From positions 101,485,372 to 101,549,371 of the forward strand of contig NC_068984.1 of NCBI RefSeq assembly GCF_001194135.2: a stretch of 64,000 bases of DNA. Direction: 5' to 3'. The position numbers and the translations under genes are program-made. Shown in pieces: positions 1-13,306 of this stretch. This DNA is from Octopus bimaculoides (lineage: Eukaryota). Within the stretch, counting starts at the first letter, position 1. Each line of letters opens with the position of its first letter. The notes beneath the pieces are model-generated. The model saw nothing but the letters and a program-made list of their open reading frames with translations, did not search any database and was not told where the DNA came from.

Positions 1-779
1 CATGGTGTTGAACTAGAGATTTATTAACCTCAACGTTGTTGAAATTGCAGAGTGCCATCAAGGTGTTCAGTGCTGACCTTGGCTTGAAGGTACCATTTTG
101 GAACTGTTCATAAAACGGTAAGGCCCCTGATCAATGACTAATACACTACTACTACTACTACAAAAGCTGATATCCTTATTAAGAACATGTTGGAAACAGA
201 TGAGAAAGAGAGTTTGCTGCTGCTGCTGCTACCACACAAGCCTGCTTTCACAGTTTACACTGAAATCATTAAATTAGTCGATACAGCAACCTGCTGGATA
301 GTGTTAGCCGGATGAAGACTTCAGTATAGCTAGCTTTATAGATGTTTAAAGTATACAAGAAGTTATTGCTGTATCTTGTGAAGATAAGAGAAGAAAAACT
401 AAAGTGACAGAGTTTACTTTAAATGAAAAAAAAAAAGTATTTTCTGATAGTTTCCCACTCATGCAGTGTGTAAAAGTATTACAAGATACCTGTATATAGT
501 GTGATGCAGTGTATTCTTTCACAATGCTCATCTATTTAATTGGCTATAGGATTCTTGAGGTAAGTTTCTTTTTATTTCTACTCGGCCTTTTTTCCCATCC
601 TCCCCACTCGGTTTGTATGTTAATAAAATAATTACCTTTCGAAATGGTCTTGTGTGTTAGTTTATATCAACTGAAATACTTTTAATTTCAGCGTTTTTGA
701 GGAAAAAGAAATATAAGAGGTTTGAATATTGTAAGATAATGAAGTAAAAAAATAGATTATGAAGAAGAACTTTTTTAGT

Positions 780-2745
780 TTTAGTGGAATAGCTTGTATT
801 TGACGCGAATGCTGGTCTGTTTTAGCTACTCACTTTCTTTATAGTTTAGTCTAAACAACGAAACTAACCTTGTACGTCATTTCGTCACAGGTAAATTATA
901 CAATTGATCACCGTTCAATTGTCACTGGACGGCGCCAGCTGACCCAGGGTAGATAACTCATAACATTTTGTTGCTATACAGCCAGTTTTTTTTCTCTTCT
1001 CTCTGTATAATAATTTAGAGGAATGGCAATTGAGGTCGTATTTCGCTGTTCCCGCAGTAATTTTTATTTACCGAGTACTTAGAACTGCAAATCAACGGAG
1101 TATATTCCCCCCTCCTCTTGAATTAGATCTAGCGTTGAAGATTAGATGAATTGAAATCAATTTTTATAAGGCAATTAGTGGCGTAAGTAAACTGAAATTG
1201 TTTCAACTGGAAAATAAATCAGTTTTGCGAATTTCATTAGCTGGAGGTTTGACTATGATGTACGAGGGTGATAGAATAGCTGCTCATTGTAACAGGTAAG
1301 ATTTCAGTGTCTATAGAGGTGTGTGTGTGAAACAAGAACGTTCTTAATTTTCTATGTGTTACTTGATGGGGTCGTGTGAATAGTGTTCTAGTTCGTAGAA
1401 TGTAGAGAAAGCCGCTATGTGGTATTGTGATTATTCACCTAATTAATACTCCTTAATGCTACATAATTAAGTATTTATTTTAAAAAAATCATTCAATTGC
1501 TACGTTGACGCCCATTGTGGCAAGGGGAGGTAATCGTTATCTCGATTACCGTCCTGTATCGCAGCTGTTACCAATATTACGTTGACGTTTCTCTGGTTTC
1601 CCTGCACTTGTAGGTATTGAGTAGATTTCGAGTTAAAAAGCAGTGAATATCCGCTAACATTTATAATTTTTTTATACTCGCTATTAGAACTGATAAATAA
1701 CATGGTAATAGTAGTACCTGCTGCGAAAATCGTCAACTATCGTAATTATGTGTGTGGGTGTATGTCAATTTGTACGATATATTTATGCAGGTTTCGTATT
1801 GAGGCAATGTTACTGCCTCCTACTACACTAAAAAGAGTGTGGTCGCTATAAATAGAAGAAATTTTCTCTCTTGAAAAAACGTCGGGTAATATAGTCCTAG
1901 GTATAACTACGAAATAAAGTATGGATTGATCATAGCCGGAACAGCTTCGAACATGTATCTAATTGGTTAGAGCTAGATAGCAGTCCAGGAGAAAATAGTT
2001 TGATAGCTTCCATGCCATTAATAAATGTGACTTTAAGGCGGCGATTTCACGTAGAATCGTTAGCACACCGAGCAAAATACTTTGCGACCTTTACGTTCAC
2101 AGTTCAAATTCCGCCGAGATTGACTTTGCCGTTCATCCTTCCAGTGTCGAAAGTTAAGTACTCACTGAGTATCGGAGTCAGTGTAATCGTCCCTGCGCAT
2201 AAAGAAAGTATTATTAAATATAACTCTACTGTTCCTTTGCCTAGAATGTCAGGCTTCTGACATTGTAAGAAATATATTAATAATCGACATAAAATTGCCG
2301 ACCAAGTGGGCAGATCTTGATTATCTCCCTTGACAGCTGCCATCTTTATTTTCACGTTTTTGTTATTCTTTGATTATTGAACATTTTAAAAAGATTGCAT
2401 TTACCTCGACTGGATTATTTACTATTCTCTACACACTTAATGGAATTCTAGTTTTAATTAGCCATTTACTTTTTCTGTATATTATTCAATGGTATTCTTT
2501 TTTTTTTCATATTCCTTCGGTAACCTTTTTTTTAGAGTTTAAAACAAATCAGTGTCTTAAGCACGTTTATTGTTTTACTTGTCATTAGACTGGCCATGCT
2601 GGAGCACTACCATGAAGAATTTTAGTCGATCGAATCGATCCCAGAACTTATTTTTAAAACCTATAACTTGTTTGTTTCTTGTCGAACCGCTAAGTTACTG
2701 GGACGTAAACTCGCCATCACCGGTTGTGGGTGGGAGTCAAAGACT

Positions 2746-2780
<35 letters not shown>

Positions 2781-3600
2781 GACGGGCTTCTTTCAGTTTC
2801 CATGTACCAAATCCACTCACTCTGATCACAAGGCTTTGGTTGGTCCGAAGTTATAGTAGAAGCTTCAGCTACTACGCAGTAGGGCTGAACCCGGGGCTAC
2901 GTGGTCGAGAAGCAAACTTCTTGCTGTGCTTGCTGCGCGTTGTTGCTTACGTTTTTAACTCGCCAACAAGAATTAGACAAACTTACGATTCCATATATAT
3001 TGAGAGGTTTTGTGTTAAAGTTGAGAATTTTCTTTAAGATCTTAACTGTGACGCTTAAAAGTAGCTTCATTCGGTGTGTCGTAAGAACTCATAAACTTTC
3101 GAGAGAATGTGAAAGAATTCCTTTTTGGAATAGTGTATTTCGAAGCACATAAAGCTAAATAATCGTTTAAGAAACCCTTTTGGATAGGAAAAGTCGAAGG
3201 CTGCCCGAACCTAGCCATCGTTTTCACCAAAATCTGCATTTAGATTTAGCTTGCTGTGTAAGTAGACCATTATTATAATTTAACTTTTATGTTTTGGATA
3301 AATTAAATTTTAATTGCGTAAAAAAGGCAAAAATTTGATTCTTTTTTTTTTTTAAAGAAAACCAGCTTGGTGAACATGTGGCTGTTTTAAATATAAATAT
3401 TATGTTAGGTTGAATCTATTTGAATTAATGTAATACAATCTCAGTGGAATGTCACTTGAGTAAATGCGACGTACACAAATGGAATATGGGTTCCTTATCC
3501 GAAAGTTCATTTTGTATAAATCCTATCATCGGTCGCTAACTACTCGGGAAATATATAACACGCAGTACTGTCTGTTCTGAACAAAATCGCTGGAGTCGTG
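780..3600. promoter_or_regulatory. CpG-retaining, promoter-like region of an unassigned gene
   Basis: Many CpGs, including inside SINEs; an AAGATGGC motif near 2340 on minus; several plus-strand donor-like sites. Confidence 0.35.
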
Positions 3601-4159
3601 CAGATAGATGACTAAGCCTTTTTCTAGGATTTAAGGTTTACATATTTAAATATACGTCCGAAACACACATATAAATAAATGTAGAGAGTACACTTAATAA
3701 GTGGTTTTGTTGTATTCCATCTGTAAGAATTATTTATCATTGATAACACAATTTATTTGTATGTAAAAGTATTCAACTCGTTCAAAATATACCACGAGCA
3801 ACACATTACTATCGCTACTATAAAGAATTAACGAGATATACATACACACAGGTGGATGTGTGTGTATATTTTATACATGAGGAGAGAGCGATTTTGTGCT
3901 ATGTTTACAAAAAACCGCGTCAAAAAAAGAAATTATTCCAGTAAATTTCCATACAATATAGGTTAATGACATTATAAATAATTTCACGTATAGATCGACT
4001 CAAATATGAATAGGGTAAGGTCTCTCACCCCCTTCACTCTTTCCCTACCTAAATCCACGGAAAACAGATTTACCACAGTTAACCTCTTTATTTAACACAC
4101 ACGACCTGCTAGAAATAGCAGCAAAATTTCCATCTTTTTGTTTAACCCTAGGTCTGTCT

Positions 4160-4308
4160 CAGTGCTCCCCAAACTTTTTTTCGCTTGTGGTACACTTACA
4201 TCTTTTTTCAAAATTCGGCGGCACACTTGAACTAAAAATATAACTAGAAGTATAGGGGAAAAAAATTATATTCAGGTTATACTACGGCATACCAGTTCCG
4301 GAGCACTG
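4160..4308. mobile_element. hAT MITE
   Basis: TIR cagtgctcc; 8-bp TSD gtctgtct/gtctatct. Confidence 0.85.
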
Positions 4309-4564
4309 GTCTATCTCACTGGGTTCACTCGCTGTGACTATGATAAGAATTGATAGCAATTAGTTAATTATCTCAACGTTATATTAATTACTTTCCTGGC
4401 AATGTTTCAAGTTTTAGTGTTACTCTCTGTAACATTCTACATTCGAATAAAATATATTTACTTTATCCCTTGCATTGGGTGGCAGAGGTTTACGTTCAAA
4501 TCATTCCAGGATCGATAAAATAAGGCCTAACTCTGCTTACTCCACCATTTGTGAGCCTCTAAAA

Positions 4565-4808
4565 CAAGCGTTTCCCAACCACTTTTTGCCTATTTGAATC
4601 CTATTTTACTCAGATGGACACGTATAACCTTTCGATTATATATAAGAAAAAAAATTCCAAAATTCAACTATATTTTTATCATTAGATATTATTAGGAATT
4701 TAAAATATTTTGTGTATTGTAAAGTATAAGCGATTTATTACACATAAATTTTAGCAAAGTCTTATACAGACCCCTAAAAGCGATAAGGACCTCAGTTGAG
4801 ACCCACTG
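4565..4808. mobile_element. hAT (Charlie-like) MITE
   Basis: Perfect 8-bp TSD ctctaaaa on both sides; degenerate CAGTGG..C.CAAC termini. Confidence 0.8.
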
Positions 4809-6718
4809 CTCTAAAATAGTAAAAATCTCCCTCGAATATGTCCTTTCCTTTTACTAGTTTCAGTCATTGGACTGTGGTTATGCCGGGGTACCACCTTGAG
4901 TATTCAACTGAATAATATCAACTCAGATAATCTGTAGACTTATTGTATGAATTTCAAAAAGAACGAAAGGTTACATTGAGCCAGAGGTGGATTTGAACCT
5001 AGATTGTAACCAAATATTTATTGAAAGTCCCATATATAATATGTGGTGCAATTTAGTTATAAACTAGTTGGTTTCTGGACTGGTCATTCCTTAAAAAAGA
5101 AAGTGGGTGGGGTATACATTGCACAAACGAAAATAGTTTGGTAACATGACACACAATCATTAATTCTTGTAGAGTTCCAAATTTAACTATTGACTCCAGC
5201 AGAACATCCGGTATGTGATAACTGGAAGATTGGATATATATATATATATATATTTATTTATTTAAAGGTCATAATACATGTATTAAAGCGCTACTAATAG
5301 TTTCATATGTTGAGAGAACTCAAACATATTCTTCTGGTGAAAACCACATATAACGAACTAAAGAAACTGAATAATAGAAGAAACGTGAAAAAACTGAGAA
5401 GGCAGCATATAGAATACACAGACAATAAACAATGAAAAACACTAAGATGTAAAAAATTAAAAGTAAAAAGGTAAAAGAGCTAATCCTGATTAATACTAGA
5501 GTGGTTATGTACTTCTTTATCTTTGATGCCACTAGATCGATTATTAATATTTTGATTATTATTTGAGGGGTTATATATTAATTTATTTTTGAAGCCACTA
5601 ATTGCTAGGGCCTTGTTATAATAGCGGGCAGCTTGTGTGTGTTTGTCGTTTCCCATTGCTTGACAACCGGTGTTGGATTTTCTACATCCCTGTAACTTAG
5701 CAGTTCGCCAACAAGAGAACCGATAGAATAAGTATCAGGTTTAAAAGTAAAAGTACTGAGCTAAATGTATTCGATTAAACCCTTCAAAGTGGTGTTCCAG
5801 CATGGCCGCAGTCCAATGACAAGTAAAAGAATAAAGGTACACTGACTAAAAAAATAAAGAATGGGGTGGCCATGGTTGAAATGGCTTTGATTTGAAAGCA
5901 GAAGACATCTAGTTTCACTTTCTGTAAGTCTTAGGTCCAGATCCTACGGTCATCTCTTACAATTTGGATTATTGACTTGCAAAGGTCATAATCATAAAAG
6001 GAAGAGGTAGTAGAGAAAGAAAGATTCCCACCACCCCAACCAAGCCCATAGGATACCAGAAATGTGGCACAGGTGATAACAAAAACTCGGTATTCAGTTA
6101 CTAATGGTAAATTATCTTTTTAACGAAAAGCAAAAAAGAAAAAATGTTTAAAAAGAAAAGGCTCTTTACATAATAAAGAAAGTAGGTGGCTAAGTGTTTA
6201 GGCTGTTGTACTCATGATGGTAAGACGGTGGTGATGCGTTGTATTCTTGAGCAAAACATTTCATTTCACGTTATTCCAGTCCCCTCAGCTGTAAATGAAT
6301 TCCAACAATACTGGGAAGTCAATCCTGCGACTCATCAGCGTCCTGTTTAGAGGAAGTATCACTAAAAGAACCTTTGAGATGTTGATGTTTTACATATTGA
6401 GCAGGATGGGCTGGAAAGACAGGACAGCAATCGCTGCAGTACTAGAAAAGCTGAAAGTTCATTGACACTTATTGTTGAGAATGAAGTTTACACTACTATT
6501 ATATTTTAGACATATTGCACTATGAATCACTGCCCAAGATCATCCAGATAAGTGTGCAGGGAAAGAGAACAAGAGGAAGCCAAATATGATTGTGAACTGA
6601 CATCAAAGAATGAACTAGAAATAAGAATTTGGCTAATTGAACGCATGCAGCACAACAGTAAGGGAACTGGAGAGTTTTGGTAAGTAGATTCCTGGACATA
6701 GGCAGGGTACCTGGCTGA

Positions 6719-6754
<36 letters not shown>

Positions 6755-7534
6755 GGCAAACCAAAAATTAAAAAACAAAAGCAATAAATACAACAAGAGA
6801 GCATACACAGTGAATGCATTTGGTCGATGTTCAGAGAAAGTTTAAGATGGGAAAAAAGAGGGGATGTGACGCTTTGAACATGGCTTTTCTTCAGAAAGAG
6901 GAAAAAGTCCGGAGAAAGGAAAAAGAATAGTTCGAGGGGGTGACAATGTGGTTAAGAAGCTTTCCAATCATGTGGTCTTGGGTTCAATTCCACGGCGTGG
7001 CACCTTGGGCTGGTATCTTCAACTATAACATAGGGCTGGCCAAAGCAGAAACTGAAAGGATTGTGGTTTCGATTCCTAGACCAGGCGAGGTGTTGTGATC
7101 TTGAGGAAATCACTTTATTTCACGTTACTCCAGTCAACTCAGCTGGCAATAATGAGTAATCCTACGACAGAACAGCGTCCCATCCAAGGAGGAATATCTA
7201 CGCCACAAAATCGGGAAAAAAACAACTTTATGAGATCATGGCTCAGGACGGACCTTTGGTCTCGTTTTTCTTTCTTGATATAAGCGTGTTTGTGTGTACC
7301 TTAGTCTTGATAGCAACTGATAGTTGTAAACAAGCATCACCTTTATACAAGTAGTATTGTTCAATCTTCAGTTGTTTGTAAAAAACATATTTGACCATGA
7401 GGAAATGTTATTTTGTTTGGAAACAAATGAAGATTGACAACAGTAAAGGCATCCAGTCACAGAAAATCTACCGCAAGACTGTTTGACCTTTGCAAGCATG
7501 AATATTATGAATATAATGATGAAACACATATATA

Positions 7535-7750
7535 CGAGGGAGTACTGAAAAGTTCCAGGCTTTAAGAGTATCGCGAAAGACTTGGTTGGAGCCCCAACCT
7601 TCTGACTTCTTTTACTAGGCTTAGAAAAACTGAAGGACCGCTGCAATAAGTGTGTGAATCTGAGAGGGGAATATGCTGAATAAAATCATAATTAACTGAT
7701 CTTCCTGTATTTTCTTTTATCCAAAGCCAGGAACTTTTCTGACCTCCTCG
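7535..7750 (+). mobile_element. Mariner MITE
   Basis: TA-flanked TIRs cgagggagtactgaaaagttccaggct and the reverse complement cgaggaggtcagaaaagttcctggct. Confidence 0.85.
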
Positions 7751-9914
7751 TATATATATTCTTTTCTTGCTACCACCCTTCCTTATTAATAAGAAGACAA
7801 AATAAAGTTTGTCCCCATGTAATTCATTCTTTGGCGTTGTATGGGCCAAGTTTCATATCTAATTTTATGTAGGCATTTCTCGTTTCATGGAAGCATTGTG
7901 TTCGTAAAAATATTGTGTCAACGGTAAGTTCTGTAATGTGAAACACATTTTCATTTCAATTACATGGAAAATAGGTTTCATATTACAAAAGTCCACTCTA
8001 AGATTTTCAGGAGCATAATGTGGGAAACGTTTGTGGTCTAAGAAAGACTGAATGATGTGGTAAATGACAGGATCTTTACGTCAGACAGAGGCAACTCTTT
8101 TCGAGAAGTGGACAGCATGAGACATGGCTCATCATCAGTCGGGCCGCACTATTAAAAGAATTCAAGGTATTTTTTCGTTAGGCATGCCATGCAAAATTCC
8201 GAGAGCCGCATGTTGCCCATGACTGCTGTATGTGGTCGCTCAGTGGGTCAGTCATGACAGCCAAATCTTGCTCACACCTTGCTGTTTTAGGAAAGGAAAC
8301 ATTAGATAAACTGAACCCAGATTCTCTTCATAGATGTAGGCGTGGCTGTGTGGTAAGAAATTTGCTTCCCAACCACATGATTCCAAGTTCACTCACACTG
8401 CGTGGCACCTTGGGCAAGTGTCTTCTACTATAGCCTCGAGCTGACCATAGCTTTATGAGCGGATTTGGTAGACAAAAATGTGTTTGAGTGTTTTTATGTC
8501 CTGCCCCAAAACAAACCACCACCACCATTTGACAACACAGCTAAGTAACATTCGGCAAAAGAGACTTATAGAAGTACCTGGCTTAAAGAAATAACAGCTG
8601 GGGTTGATTCATTCGACCTAAAAGCAGCACCTTATTGGTTAATATAAGTAAAAGATATATAAAAGAATAATCACAACTGCAATGCCTTTGAATATAGGTC
8701 TGCTTTAGTAAGACTGACCTGGAGCTAAACAATTACAGCTCTTATGGACGATAACAAAACTGAGAAAAATATAAACACTTCATTTTTGACTTTGGGGAAA
8801 AAAAAAAAATTTTACACTACCTTATAAAAACTATATCAGCTAAGCAAATGAGTCTCTTTAAATGCACCAAAAAAACATACTCAGAACACTATTTCAGACA
8901 ATTATCACCATTCTCTGAGCTTATTAAAAGATAAATTTAGCTGGGGCAAAATGAGTAAGCCAAGAGAAGGTAAATTTGCTTCTTTGATTCTCCAGAATTA
9001 CATTTGAAAACACACTCACACACATCAATATCCATCAGAAATGCAACAAAAAATTTTTTTAAGTATCGTAGTCAAATGAAAGAGGATCAAAAGAAAATGG
9101 TGCATGGTATGAAATTAACGAAATCAAAAAACTCAAAATATTCTCTACAAATTCTTCACAATCTGCTGGAGTGGCTTACTTCCTGATATATTTATGCACT
9201 ATGCTGTTAAAGAGAGGAAATTACTGAAATAAGTCATTACTCATTTTAGACATTTTTTGAAAACTGAAAATGATCAAATTAGACATTAGTGTGAGGAAAA
9301 AAATTGGCTTAGAATCCAACAGAGAAAAGAATACTGATTGTTAAACACAAAAAATTGTCCTGATATTTTATTAGCAACTTCAATTACAATTGGATCAAAA
9401 TTGAGGAAAAATTTCTTGAAAAAAAAATAAGTACTTATCACCTGTCCCAAACTTTCAACTTCAACAACCAAGCAGACCAATTTTTACTCCTAAAAACAGG
9501 TAGGGAGAAAACAGTGAGGAATTAGAAACTACACAGTTTGCCCCACCCACCATCACTATTACAAAATAATAGAGTAATAGCGTGTGTGTATATTTATGTA
9601 TTTTTCATGGTTACAATAACTCTTCTGGAATGCAATTGTTTTACACCTCAACATACAGCCACATGGTTCCGGATTCAGTCCCACTGCGTGGCATCTTGGG
9701 CAAGTGTCTGCTACTATGGATTTGGTAGACGGAAATACAGAAATACAGCACTAGTGATGGTAAATGACTTTAAAAATATATGGAAATAGAATTACTGTTA
9801 TAGCTGCCCGGGCAGCGATTTTCCTATGTTAATATAAAATTGAGAAATTCTCGCTATGTAAGAGGTAGAGTTTGGTTATTTTTGTATTTTAGCAGCAGAA
9901 ACTGAATTTTGTTA

Positions 9915-10785
9915 TTTTTTTACAGGAACACACTATATTGAGGGGCAGAGATTCCGAATCTGCAAGAAAAATGCATTTCTTAAATTTTGACTTTTCCTTT
10001 TTAAAATTTTTTGGCGAAATACGTAGAAAAATACAGAGATTATGATTCAGAAAAAAAAAAAAAAATTCTGTAAAATTTCAATTTTTCAAAAACAAAAAAA
10101 AAAAGATAAAAACAAACAACCCCCGTCCCCTCCGCCCTATGACAAGAAGTGAAATTAAAATGTTTTCTCTACTAATGTTTCATGACGAACATGTGGTTGA
10201 GGGTCTCTTGGAATTAAGTGAGGTATGTAAAAATTAGATTTTTTGCACCCACCACACACAACAAAATGACAAAATTTTTTTTTTCTTTTTTAGTAATTCG
10301 TATTTAGAAAGTTGATCCTCAGTTTGGCTGTTGTTTCTAGCTTGTCAGATTTCCGGTTAGGGCGGGTTTAAATTTTGAAATTTTTCTTTCTTTGGTAACT
10401 CGTATTTAAATTTTGAAAACGCTTTTCTAGCATGTCAGGTTTTCTGTTTAGATACTTTTTGCGCCTGCAATTTTATAATTCTATGCATGCATGAAACATT
10501 AGTAGAGAAAACACTTTAATTTCACTTCTTGTCATAGGACGAAGGGGAGGGGGTGTTTATTATTTTTATTTTTTTGAAAAATTGAAATTTTACAATTCTT
10601 TTTTTTTTTTTTTCAGAATCATAATCTCCATATTTTTCTAGGTATTTTGCCCCAATTTATTTTTATAAAAAGTGAAAATTTAAGAAATTTAGGTGTGGGG
10701 AGATTTAAATTTTGAAATACATATTTTTTTTTTTTTGCAGATTCGGAATCTCCACCCTCGATATAGTGTGTTCATGTAAAAAATA
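9915..10785. mobile_element. Foldback element with ~270-bp inverted arms
   Basis: 9915-10184 is the imperfect reverse complement of 10490-10785. Confidence 0.8.
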
Positions 10786-11457
10786 CCCCCACCCCCAAAA
10801 AACATCGCAAGGGGGGGCATAATCTTTACCTCCACCCTACAATAAATTAGAATTTAATAGCAAAAAAAATCAGCAAGGTGAAAAGTTGTAAAAAGATGAT
10901 TTATACATTAGTTGGGATTAATGAAAAATCAATAAAATTTAAAACATTATTTAACATTGATATATGTTTGATGTTCAAAATTTTTTTATTATCCTGGTTT
11001 GAATAAGACAGTGCATTAATTTAAGAACTGAGCTAATGTTTTCTACTCATAGTTATTTTTAATTAGTTTCTTTCTTCACTATATTACATATAACAGTACT
11101 AACTTGACTATTTTCGTAGATAAATTTAGCTAATGAAAATCGTGATTAAATTTAGCTACTGAAATGGTGAATAATTATTTTAATGAGTTAAGGAATAGAA
11201 GGAAGGTTTAAGGTATTTTTAGAGACCTCTGCCTCTCAGAAACAAGGTTATATGGTGGTATCACTTTAAGTTTAAAAATAAATAACAAAACCTAGATAAC
11301 ATCATCGGACACGTAAATACCCGTAACATTTCTTATTGATGTAGGATCAATTTGTACAGAACACAAGTGTCTTGGCGATAACGGATACCCGGAGAATCGG
11401 GGTTGAGTGAAAACTTGTTTTCAACATATCGCAAGTGCTAAAGGAGTTGACTCTGAT

Positions 11458-12534
11458 TCAAAACACATCAGTTCTTACACGAATTCGCTGGACAGTTGGG
11501 TCAGTGCCATAATAATGGTACGCAGAGTCTTTCTCTTGCACTATTCCGGCAGATTGAATGGTGTAATAAAACGATGTGAAAGGTGCAATGGGAGATTTAG
11601 CTACCATTACCTGCCGAAGAACAGAATCTACGTATTCAATTATTAGACGTGTGTTCACGCTGTGACTCCAAGTATTTCCTAATGCTACTGTCGCATACGC
11701 ATTCCCCGCGTTACAAGTTTGAAAATCTCTAGAAGTGGTTGCCAACCTAGTTGTAATTTGATTGGTGACAACCACCGGTATCTGAAAAGATTCTGAAATA
11801 TTCTTAAGTAAGGCGGCAGTTTTAGTAAGGAAATTTGCTCGCTCTGCCATATTATATTCCAAATGTCCTCCGAATTCTTTCCTAACTAAAGAAGCAATCG
11901 AATCAACTATAAGCAATTTCACCTTCTTAGATATTATGTCCATTTCAAGTTCCTGAAATCTGTTTACTAAACTGTCACAAGTCGAATGGAAATCGACCAA
12001 GACGTTCTCTGTAAGATTCTTCAAACGGTCTTCATCGTTGAAGTAATCCGGATATTTGTTTCGGGCCATTTCCACCAATCTGCTGGCACTGAAAGTTGAT
12101 TCTGTATCTATGTAGATCACACTACCAGCCATACCACGCATCTCTGTCGGCAATGTGGACAACAACGATAACATCATACAAAACTGAGTCTTCCCACACC
12201 CGGCTGGTCCCGCCAGTTCTGTGATACTTCCAATAAGAATTCCTCCGTGGAGCACTTTGTCTAAATCCGGCAGTGATGTGGCGAAAAATGGACGTGTGCT
12301 CGTCTTTAGCTTTCTCTTTTCTAATAGTTGTGCTGCAGTGCAAGGTTTCGGAGCACAAAGTAAACTAACATTTCGTATAAGTGCCTCAACTGAAGACTGG
12401 CTTTTACCTACTATTTTGAACAATTCTAAAGTTGATCGATTTAACACATCTTTACAAGTCCTGAGGTTTTGCTGCTGGAGTCGCTTTACGTCGTCAGAGT
12501 TGTGTGAAGTCCTCTTAATTTTCCTCAGTGCCAT
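11458..12534 (-). CDS. RAD51B: DNA repair protein RAD51 homolog 2 (RAD51B), complete 358-aa single-exon CDS
   Basis: Open ORF with Walker A GPAGCGKT and Walker B LLIVD. It carries RAD51B-specific segments as recalled from human: CAPK..TA, VRKEF, NQITT, ALGNTWSHSVNTRLI, AKSPIAPFTSFYYTI. Confidence 0.95.
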   Translation of the reverse strand: MALRKIKRTSHNSDDVKRLQQQNLRTCKDVLNRSTLELFKIVGKSQSSVEALIRNVSLLCAPKPCTAAQLLEKRKLKTSTRPFFATSLPDLDKVLHGGILIGSITELAGPAGCGKTQFCMMLSLLSTLPTEMRGMAGSVIYIDTESTFSASRLVEMARNKYPDYFNDEDRLKNLTENVLVDFHSTCDSLVNRFQELEMDIISKKVKLLIVDSIASLVRKEFGGHLEYNMAERANFLTKTAALLKNISESFQIPVVVTNQITTRLATTSRDFQTCNAGNAYATVALGNTWSHSVNTRLIIEYVDSVLRQVMVAKSPIAPFTSFYYTIQSAGIVQEKDSAYHYYGTDPTVQRIRVRTDVF

Positions 12535-12537
12535 AAC

Positions 12538-12624
12538 CTAGGACTTTCCACGGGTAAAATCCAGCAAAATATAAATAATTCCATAAACAGGATGATTAAA
12601 AGGCTAGAAAGTGGGAATGCTTAC
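12538..12624 (-). other. Candidate 87-nt 5'-UTR intron of RAD51B
   Basis: Minus strand reads accggt|GTAAGC ... gtcctAG|gttATG; the acceptor lies 3 nt before the start codon. Confidence 0.5.
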
Positions 12625-12960
12625 ACCGGTACAGGCATTAATCGGTGTAAAACGAAAACTGTCCGATTCGTAAAATAAATCATAGGATATAATGATGTTC
12701 TACGTCAACTAATTAGTTAAATTAACGAAATAAATAAATAAGCTAGCTAATGACATGTATATTGGAAAAAAATAGAAATTATAGTGTCTAAACGTTTGAA
12801 AAAAGCTCGTTTGAGTTAGTATTTAGAATGGATTTATTCAGAGATAAGTCGCCTGTATGTTACATTCCTCGTACGGACTTTCGGAATAGCTGTAACACAT
12901 AAATCGGAATTACTCCGTTCCATTGTTGTTGTTTTTTTTCTTCTTTCGGGATTTTTCTAC
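12625..12960 (-). promoter_or_regulatory. Likely RAD51B promoter and 5' region
   Basis: CpG-retaining, non-repetitive sequence immediately upstream of the CDS. Confidence 0.45.
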
Positions 12961-13306
12961 GTTTCTACATTCCCAAATACTGGTGGGGAAGTGGGGCTGA
13001 CATTTTAAAAAAAGAAAATTTTTTAATCCGCTCATTCTCCCTTCAGAACAACAACCACCACAACAAATTTTTTTTTTCTCGTTATTTTTCGACATGTTAT
13101 AATATTCTCCACTTTCAAATACTTGTAATCTGCATTTAGAGAGAAAATTTTTCGTATTCCACTTCTTTATCGTATTTTTCACGATTAAAATCCTGAAAGC
13201 AAAATAAAATAAAATATAACTGAAAGTAGAAGTGATGTCATTTTTACAGATGTGTACCCTGCCGAATTTGTTTTCTCATAGCTTCCGGAAAATGAACATT
13301 TTTAAA

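Noticed and set aside
2104-2355. 83-aa ORF as a protein
   Set aside because: Its 3' half is a SINE and there is no convincing donor or homology.
5320-5532. Hydrophobic 70-aa ORF as a membrane protein
   Set aside because: Its composition is what T-rich non-coding sequence yields, and no splice or homology support was seen.
8820-9480. Coding-looking stretch, possibly a decayed transposon ORF (similar stretches at 29550-30150 and 31600-31950)
   Set aside because: Multiple stops occur in the frames examined and there is no motif I can identify with confidence.
11458-12534. RAD51B nested in a CFAP54 intron
   Set aside because: CFAP54 terminates at 17061 with a stop and poly(A) signal, so RAD51B is downstream, not nested.
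12221-12541. Antisense ORFs over RAD51B
   Set aside because: These are shadow frames of a GC-richer CDS with no recognisable features.
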